Shown here piece after piece: positions 58,360 through 64,000 of a stretch of DNA of 64,000 bases. The position numbers were made by a program, and so were the translations under genes. Every line of letters begins with the position of its first letter. The first letter of the stretch is position 1. Source of the stretch: Bacteroidota bacterium (GTDB lineage: Bacteria > Bacteroidota > Bacteroidia > AKYH767-A > 2013-40CM-41-45); contig JANPNV010000119.1 of NCBI GenBank assembly GCA_031427625.1, positions 907 through 64,906 on the forward strand, given 5' to 3'. Below the pieces are notes generated by a model. The model did no database searches and was not told where the DNA came from. It was given only the letters and a program-made list of their open reading frames with translations.

Positions 58360-60428
58360 TTGACAGACAGCGTTGAGCGTTTATAAAATCTTATAAGCAA
58401 TACTTCAATGGCGAGGAAGATAAGTACAGCTATGATGCAGTATTTCCATAATCGTTTTCCTTCGTTTAGCTGACTAATTGAATGCGATAAATCTTTTCCT
58501 TCGTTATTAATTACATTGATGTTAGTATAGCCTGGTTTCGTTGCAATTTTTTCAAGTTCTTCAACAGTATAGCAGGATAAGTCAGATTCTTTTCTATCAT
58601 AGTTGAATGATTTAACAGTAATAACTTTTTCTCCTGATTTCAGTTCATAATTCTGTGCGGCATTTACCTGATCATGAACAGATACGATGGTATTGGAATT
58701 AAGAAGCCGGCTTTCGGGTATGATATCGAATTTTAAAGAAGTGTTTATAAGGTGGAAGACATTGTCATTTGAGACCAGGGTGTCTGTAATTATAAATTCA
58801 TGATCCCGGCCAATTACTAATGTAGAATTCACTTCGGATGAACCGAGCAATGCTGCACGAAGTAATACAGGCACAAATAATGCGTGGCGGGGAAAACTGC
58901 TAGCCTCTGTCTGAAGAGAAGATGCAAGTACATATATATGTCCTCTTCCAAATTCGGATGCTGTTAAAAACGGATTTCCGCTTTGCAATTTCATTATTGA
59001 TTGTGAATTACTTTTTGTACGATGGCTAAAAATAAAATAGCGGTTAACAACGGGCAGATCGAGATTCTCGGGAATAGCTTTTCCTTTTTCGAAAACGGTT
59101 TCAAGCAACTTGCTTTTTGTCTCAACGAAAGTAATTTTATCAGGTGCGGTTGCTAGTTGAGTGTAGGTGTCAGATTCGATGGAGGATAGTAATTCGTTAT
59201 AGCTGGCAATACTGGCATTGTCGGTTGGGATAATAAAGAGTGCGCCGCCATTTTTCACGTATTGTTGAATCTCATGTATCATTCCTGAAGAAAAGGAGAC
59301 AACTTCATTTAAAATAAGGAGCTGTGTAGAGGGGAATATGCTGTAATCGATCTGGCCAACAGGAAGATTGCGAAAATTAAAATAGGGATCATTCGAAAAC
59401 ACAGCATTAAGCGATGCGTTAGGGTCCTTACCATTGATAGACAAAATTTCAATGCTATTCCTCAGATTAAATGAGAAATAATAGTCATCATCAAATGTAA
59501 CCGGATAATCCGTAATTGATATTACTGCTTGTTGCCATCCCGGCTGAGAAAGTGTAAATGATAATTTGGCTTCAGCCGAAGAACCACTTTTAACTGAAAG
59601 TCCGCCAACAGCTTTTTGTGTTCCATTGATAGATAGCCGGATTGGAATATTTTCTGCATCAGCAGCGCCTTTATTTTTTACAACTACTGTAAGTTCGTTG
59701 GGGTTATTGAGCTGGACGAAAGGTGTAGATAAAAAGCAGGTGTCTATATATAAGTTGTTTTGTTTGGAAGCTTCAACAGGAACAAGAGAAAACAGAATAG
59801 TAGTATCAGGGCGGAAATCAGGATCGGTAATACTCTTTTGAAAGTCTGATATAATGTATGCCTTTTTAAAATTTTTATTCTGGCCGGACGAAAGTGCCTC
59901 TTGCTGTCGTTCCATAACTTCTGATAATGTATGTAGCGATGATCCTGGTTTTACATCATCGAGTAATTGAAGGAATTCATCACGACTTACAATGCGCTGA
60001 TGTCTGGCTTCAAAATCGGAGGTAAGCAACTGAAATTGATCTGTTGGTTTATATGCTGAACTAATTTCTCTCGCTTTTTTCCGAGCCGTCTCGAGCAAGT
60101 TGCCGTTTTTCCCAAGGGCATCCATGCTAAATGAATTATCAATATATATACTGATAGTTTTTACGCCTGACAGTATACGCGCCTGTGATACAGGAATATA
60201 TGGTTGTGCGAATGCAAACACGAGAAAAGTGACAGCAAGCAGCCGGCTGAATAATATAAGCAGATGCCTAAGCCGCGACTTAGATTGTGTATCCTGTTTT
60301 ATTTCACGGAGAAACCTGACGTTTGTGAAATAGATTTTTTTAAAACGCCGGAAATTAAAAAGATGGATGATGATAGGTATTGCCAGGGTGGCCAGGGCAA
60401 ACAGAAAGGCAGGATATATGAAATGCAT
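58356..60428 (-). CDS. BatA-type N-terminal double-TM domain (TIGR02226) membrane protein
   Basis: 690 aa. The N-terminus MHFIYPAFLFALATLAIPIIIHLFNFRR is the family signature, and there is a C-terminal TM anchor. Its stop overlaps the next ATG (ATGA). Confidence 0.7.
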   Translation of the reverse strand: MHFIYPAFLFALATLAIPIIIHLFNFRRFKKIYFTNVRFLREIKQDTQSKSRLRHLLILFSRLLAVTFLVFAFAQPYIPVSQARILSGVKTISIYIDNSFSMDALGKNGNLLETARKKAREISSAYKPTDQFQLLTSDFEARHQRIVSRDEFLQLLDDVKPGSSLHTLSEVMERQQEALSSGQNKNFKKAYIISDFQKSITDPDFRPDTTILFSLVPVEASKQNNLYIDTCFLSTPFVQLNNPNELTVVVKNKGAADAENIPIRLSINGTQKAVGGLSVKSGSSAEAKLSFTLSQPGWQQAVISITDYPVTFDDDYYFSFNLRNSIEILSINGKDPNASLNAVFSNDPYFNFRNLPVGQIDYSIFPSTQLLILNEVVSFSSGMIHEIQQYVKNGGALFIIPTDNASIASYNELLSSIESDTYTQLATAPDKITFVETKSKLLETVFEKGKAIPENLDLPVVNRYFIFSHRTKSNSQSIMKLQSGNPFLTASEFGRGHIYVLASSLQTEASSFPRHALFVPVLLRAALLGSSEVNSTLVIGRDHEFIITDTLVSNDNVFHLINTSLKFDIIPESRLLNSNTIVSVHDQVNAAQNYELKSGEKVITVKSFNYDRKESDLSCYTVEELEKIATKPGYTNINVINNEGKDLSHSISQLNEGKRLWKYCIIAVLIFLAIEVLLIRFYKRSTLSVK

Positions 60429-60447
60429 TTGCGGTAAATATAGTTAT

Positions 60448-61227
60448 TCAGAATTTCTCAAACACGCCTAATCCAAATAGAGCAAAATCATATTTTACAG
60501 GATCGTCTTTGTCGAATTCTTTTAATCGATTTGTTAATTCTGTAGCTGCCGTCCAATCGTCTTGTTTTCGTTTCAGCAAGCCTAATTTTCTGGCTACTCG
60601 GCCACTGTGCACATCTAGGGGACAGGTAAGCATCTGGGAGGGCAGATTCCATATTCCGAAGTCAACGCCAGCCTTGTCCTTCCTGATCATCCAGCGAAGA
60701 AACATATTTATTCTTTTTGCCGCCGAGCCCCGTGATGGTTGAGCAAAATGTTTTTGTGTGCGATAGGGATGAGGTATACTGAAGAAAAAAGTTCTCCATC
60801 CCTCAATGGCTGTACCATAATCGGATTGATTTTGTGCATCTGTTTTTTCAGTGAAAAGACTTTCGATGGATGATTTCTCTTTGTAAATTTTTTGTAATGC
60901 ATTCAGAAAAAAAACGCAATCGATACCATTAAAAGTTCTGTGTACAAAGCTTGTGAAGGGCTTGAGGTCTTTGGGAGTGAAATTCATGATAAAGCGATGA
61001 GGATCATAATCCATGCGACTTAAAAGCAAATTGGCATTTTTTATAATCACCGTTCTTTGTCCCCATGCTATTGATGCGGATAGAAAAGCTGCAATTTCAA
61101 TGTCTTCTTTTTTTGAGAAGTTATGAGGAATTGAAACTGGGTCCTCGACAATAAATTTTTTTTGATTGTACTCAAAAACCTTTTGGTCCAGAAAATCTTT
61201 TAAGTCAGCCGCACTCAGTTTTCGCAT
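60448..61227 (-). CDS. TIGR02757 (DUF2400) family protein
   Basis: 259 aa with DPVSIPH...EIAAFLSASIAWGQR and a CPLDVH block, as I recall for this family. Confidence 0.6.
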   Translation of the reverse strand: MRKLSAADLKDFLDQKVFEYNQKKFIVEDPVSIPHNFSKKEDIEIAAFLSASIAWGQRTVIIKNANLLLSRMDYDPHRFIMNFTPKDLKPFTSFVHRTFNGIDCVFFLNALQKIYKEKSSIESLFTEKTDAQNQSDYGTAIEGWRTFFFSIPHPYRTQKHFAQPSRGSAAKRINMFLRWMIRKDKAGVDFGIWNLPSQMLTCPLDVHSGRVARKLGLLKRKQDDWTAATELTNRLKEFDKDDPVKYDFALFGLGVFEKF

Positions 61228-61429
61228 ACTGCGAATTTACTATGAGGAAGATAAATAAAGTATTAAAACATTTAATTTAGGAGATAGAACTTGAAAAAGT
61301 GTAAAAACCGATGTAAGGATGATGCTATTTAATGTCCCTATATCTCCATTTGGTTATGTAAGGCACTCGGCCCGACTATTTCTTTCAAAACGGTAGGTTA
61401 GCGATTAGGCCCATCAGACAATTTATTGA

Positions 61430-61600
61430 TCAGGCTATTTGTCTTCTTTGCTTAAAATGTCCGCCGTGAATGATAGAAAATGCCATAGACATTTCCTCCA
61501 ACAGGTCTTTTTGGTTGTTCTGGAGAGCATCAGAGATACGCTTTCCGCCTTTTATTTTTGTCAATGAAAGGAATGAAGGTTGGTTTTGAACGATTTCCAT
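61430..61600 (-). CDS. Unannotated 56-codon ORF with double-glycine-leader-like N-terminus (candidate exported peptide precursor)
   Basis: Hand translation gives MEIVQNQPSFLSLTKIKGGKRISDALQNNQKDLLEEMSMAFSIIHGGHFKQRRQIA. The ATG lies 39 nt after the receiver-gene stop, with an A-rich pre-start context and no intervening hairpin. The ORF falls below the 60-aa cutoff of the ORF track. Confidence 0.3.
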   Translation of the reverse strand: MEIVQNQPSFLSLTKIKGGKRISDALQNNQKDLLEEMSMAFSIIHGGHFKQRRQIA

Positions 61601-61639
61601 ATTGTTTTTTTTAGGGTTTTTTGGTTAGTACGAAAGTTC

Positions 61640-62080
61640 TTAGGAAAACATAAAGTCACGCAAATGACTGACATCTAGTGGTTTAACAAAGTAGCGAATT
61701 ACACTTGGGTGCATTAGGGCTTTTAGTTTTTCCTCTTTGATTTGGGATGATGTAGTGATGACGATTTTGCATTTGCTTTTAACAAAATCGGATAGTTTGC
61801 TGAATTCTTCCAGGAATGTGAATCCACTCATGCTTTTCATGTCCATATCGAGGAAGATAAGTTCAGGGATATCACTAAGAAGGGAGGTGTTTGTTAACTG
61901 ATTCAGTACATCAGCTGGCTCTGAAGTAGTAATAATTTCCTGAGTCAATGAAATTGTCTTGATTATTGCTTGATTAATAAACAAGTCAATTTCGCTATCG
62001 TCTATCAGGATGATTTGATTAAACCGGGGCTGAACGCTCGGATTATCTTCCTGTGGGATTAATATTTTCTTGGTCGGCAT
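61640..62080 (-). CDS. Stand-alone response-regulator receiver domain protein (CheY-like)
   Basis: ATG 62080 (MPTKKILIPQ...). It carries the acidic pair IDDSE, phospho-acceptor FLDMDM, TTSS and VKP lysine, with no output domain. The TTG at 62107 in the ORF track lies just downstream of the -7 box, about where transcription would start. Confidence 0.85.
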   Translation of the reverse strand: MPTKKILIPQEDNPSVQPRFNQIILIDDSEIDLFINQAIIKTISLTQEIITTSEPADVLNQLTNTSLLSDIPELIFLDMDMKSMSGFTFLEEFSKLSDFVKSKCKIVITTSSQIKEEKLKALMHPSVIRYFVKPLDVSHLRDFMFS

Positions 62081-62108
62081 TTTTGAGAGGTGTTTCTTAT
62101 TTACCAAT

Positions 62109-62116
62109 CAAAAATA
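62109..62116 (-). promoter_or_regulatory. Putative -7 box (TATTTTTG on minus strand) for receiver gene
   Basis: Plus strand CAAAAATA lies 29 nt upstream of ATG 62080. Confidence 0.4.
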
Positions 62117-62271
62117 TGTGGATGATTTACCCTATAAAAGGTACAAATTGAAATTATTTGGACATTGAAAAAAAATGAGAAAAAGGAGTTTTTCAATATT
62201 TGAAATCTAATTTTTGGCTAAATTAGTATTCAAAATATTTATAAAGTACTATAATACAGAATATTAAAAAT

Positions 62272-62318
62272 AAATACCAAAAGTTTGCAATCTATAAATA
62301 ATTACAAATTTTTGGTAT
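62272..62318 (-). terminator. Long AT-rich hairpin terminator after the 70-codon mini-gene (potentially bidirectional)
   Basis: AATACCAAAAGTTTGCAAT-N9-ATTACAAATTTTTGGTATT, with 17 of 19 positions complementary and T-runs on both sides. It starts 15 nt after the stop codon. Confidence 0.65.
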
Positions 62319-62332
62319 TTTTAGACATTGAA

Positions 62333-62545
62333 TTACTGTTTCGGTGGTTCAGCATCATCTGTAAGAATAACATCGTCGATTTCCTTTACTTCGACATAGT
62401 TGTAAAATTCACGATCACCTCCTTGAGGTTTGTAATTGGGGTCGCTTTGAATGGCATAGGCTTTTTCAGAGTTCATAATAAAATGCTTCCCTGTTTCGGC
62501 AGGATAGCCCCAGCTAATTAGAATGGCAATGATTAAATCTAACAT
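62333..62545 (-). CDS. Small hypothetical protein with N-terminal hydrophobic segment
   Basis: 70 aa beginning MLDLIIAILISWGYPA... followed by an acidic, Pro/Tyr-containing tail. It has its own -7 box and its own terminator. Confidence 0.55.
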   Translation of the reverse strand: MLDLIIAILISWGYPAETGKHFIMNSEKAYAIQSDPNYKPQGGDREFYNYVEVKEIDDVILTDDAEPPKQ

Positions 62546-62570
62546 AGGTTTTCTTTTTTGATGTGTTAGA

Positions 62571-62578
62571 CAAATCTA
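62571..62578 (-). promoter_or_regulatory. Putative -7 box (TAGATTTG on minus strand) for the 70-codon mini-gene
   Basis: Plus strand CAAATCTA lies 26 nt upstream of the ATG at 62545. Confidence 0.4.
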
Positions 62579-62648
62579 TTCCCTGCATCAAAAAAAAATT
62601 TTAAAAAAGTCAGTAAACCTTACATTGTAATAACCTTAATTTTTAAAA

Positions 62649-64000
62649 ATGAAAAACCTAAATTCATTAAACAGTCTGATTTTGAAGATGACAAGGGAAG
62701 AATTGAAATCGGCTAATAAATTCTTTGATTACTATTCAGAAAGTAAATCAAAAACAAAAAGCAGTGATCTGGTAAAACTTCTGGTCGAAAAAAAAGAGTT
62801 TAATGCCAGGGATATTCAATTTAAATTATATGGAAAACAAAATTTATTTGCATTCAATAAATTAATAAACAGAACGAAAGAAAAATTACTGGAAGTTGCC
62901 CTATTTGATTCAAATATTTCTAAAAACTACTACACCCATAGAGTAAAAGTGAATTTTGAGTTGAAAAAAAAATTAATACAATGTGATATTCTCAATATGA
63001 AAGGGCTGAGAGATGACTGCGATTTAATGTGTAAGAAAATTATATCAAAAGCAGAAAAGTATGAACTTTATGATATTGTTACTAATGCTTTAATCATTCG
63101 TCGGCGATTTATTAATATTAGAAAAAAAAATATAGAATTAAAAAAATTGATTAATGGAATAGAGTCAGCTGAATTTAAAAACAAAACTATCTCGTCAGCT
63201 CAAATCATATATGATGACATTATAAATAAAATTAGCAACACTGCTAATTCTGAAAAATATTATCAGGAATTAAAAAAATCAATAAATAGCTTGGATGAAA
63301 TGCATAAAATATTTAATTCAAATATAATTGGATACAATCTGAATTTTCTAAAAACTCAATTATATCAGATTGATGAAAATTACGAAGATGCCAATAAGTG
63401 TTTATCGAATATGATATTATTTCTAAAAAATAAATGCATGTATTCCGAATATAGGCTGGGGGCTACATTGTTAAATATTGCAAATAATAATATATATCTA
63501 AACAAAATGGATTATTATTTAATTAATCCTGACAAATTAAAAAAATATTTTTCTAACAATATTATTAATCAATCTCTTGTTGATGAACTTGTATTTTACT
63601 ATTTATTTTACAATAATAATTATACAGATGCGGAAATTGTTATTAAGCGACTTGTTAATATGCCCATTGCAAATAATATTGCTTCAATTATGAAAAAGTG
63701 GCCATACTTGTTTGCGGCATTAAAGTTTAGAATGGGAGAATTTATTAAGTGCAAAGAAATGTTAAATAATTTAGATGAATTTGGTCGTGAAAACCAAGGT
63801 TGGAATATTAATATGAGACTGTTGATTATTATGACGAATATTGAATTAAATCAATATGAAATATGTGATCAACTTATCATTAATCTTGAAAAATATATTA
63901 AACGAAGTCAGAAAAATAATGTTATTGAAAAGAGGTATATTATTATTTCCAGAATCTTAATTAAACTTGTAAATTCCAGTTACAAATTTATAAGTGTTTT
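62649..64000 (+). CDS. Large N/K/I-rich all-helical (TPR-like?) protein of unknown function, extremely AT-rich (C-terminus beyond window end)
   Basis: Absent from the ORF track because it runs off the window. Hand translation from ATG 62649 (MKNLNSLNSLILKMTREELKSANKFFDYYSES...) stays open for about 450 codons to base 64000. Hand-counted G+C is 27 per 100 nt at the start and 15 per 100 nt at 63481-63580. Confidence 0.65.
   Translation, partial: MKNLNSLNSLILKMTREELKSANKFFDYYSESKSKTKSSDLVKLLVEKKEFNARDIQFKLYGKQNLFAFNKLINRTKEKLLEVALFDSNISKNYYTHRVKVNFELKKKLIQCDILNMKGLRDDCDLMCKKIISKAEKYELYDIVTNALIIRRRFINIRKKNIELKKLINGIESAEFKNKTISSAQIIYDDIINKISNTANSEKYYQELKKSINSLDEMHKIFNSNIIGYNLNFLKTQLYQIDENYEDANKCLSNMILFLKNKCMYSEYRLGATLLNIANNNIYLNKMDYYLINPDKLKKYFSNNIINQSLVDELVFYYLFYNNNYTDAEIVIKRLVNMPIANNIASIMKKWPYLFAALKFRMGEFIKCKEMLNNLDEFGRENQGWNINMRLLIIMTNIELNQYEICDQLIINLEKYIKRSQKNNVIEKRYIIISRILIKLVNSSYKFISV

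Noticed and set aside
1-64000. Scan of all intergenic gaps longer than 100 nt for tRNA, rRNA, tmRNA, SRP or RNase P RNA signatures, riboswitch-like leaders, transposase genes or IS inverted repeats.
   Set aside because: I saw no T-loop GTTCGAATC-type boxes, rRNA-like segments, IS-type terminal repeats or transposase ORFs. Covariance-model tools (Infernal/tRNAscan) would be required to exclude small ncRNAs formally.

Overview
This 64 kb window is gene-dense, with about 60 protein genes, most on the minus strand, and is moderately AT-rich. The content points to a Bacteroidota chromosome. Supporting signals are a subtilase with a T9SS (Por) C-terminal sorting domain, lineage-typical families (DUF5683 between parB and dapB, DUF3276, TIGR02226-type BatA N-terminal domain, TIGR02757, DUF2723), TAnnTTTG-type -7 boxes just upstream of many operon starts, and almost no Shine-Dalgarno sequences. 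The left end carries a polysaccharide locus (GT4, Wza-like, Wzc-like BY-kinase, rfbC, WecA-like, gmd, fcl). The middle holds housekeeping blocks: recA; thrS-infC-rpmI-rplT; xerD/aroQ; lepB-dapB-DUF5683-parB-parA; uvrA; nth; an HK/RR pair; and FKBP isomerases. I found no rRNA, tRNA, CRISPR array, transposase or phage genes. I do not see a convincing novel multi-gene system in the core part. The best candidate for something undescribed is the right end (61.4-64.0 kb). It contains an orphan receiver gene, an unannotated 56-codon ORF with a double-glycine-leader-like N-terminus, a self-contained 70-codon mini-gene, and a very AT-rich large helical ORF that runs off the window. Four other oddities stand out: a 7-bp x 20-22 tandem array abutting the putative uvrA promoter, an infC without any canonical start codon, a dihydroorotase-like protein with a degenerate metal site inside a tightly coupled operon, and a (YG)9 tail on the BY-kinase. 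Protein calls rest on motif-level recognition of the translated ORFs, with no database search run. Coordinates for items not in the ORF track were counted by hand and may be off by 1-2 nt.
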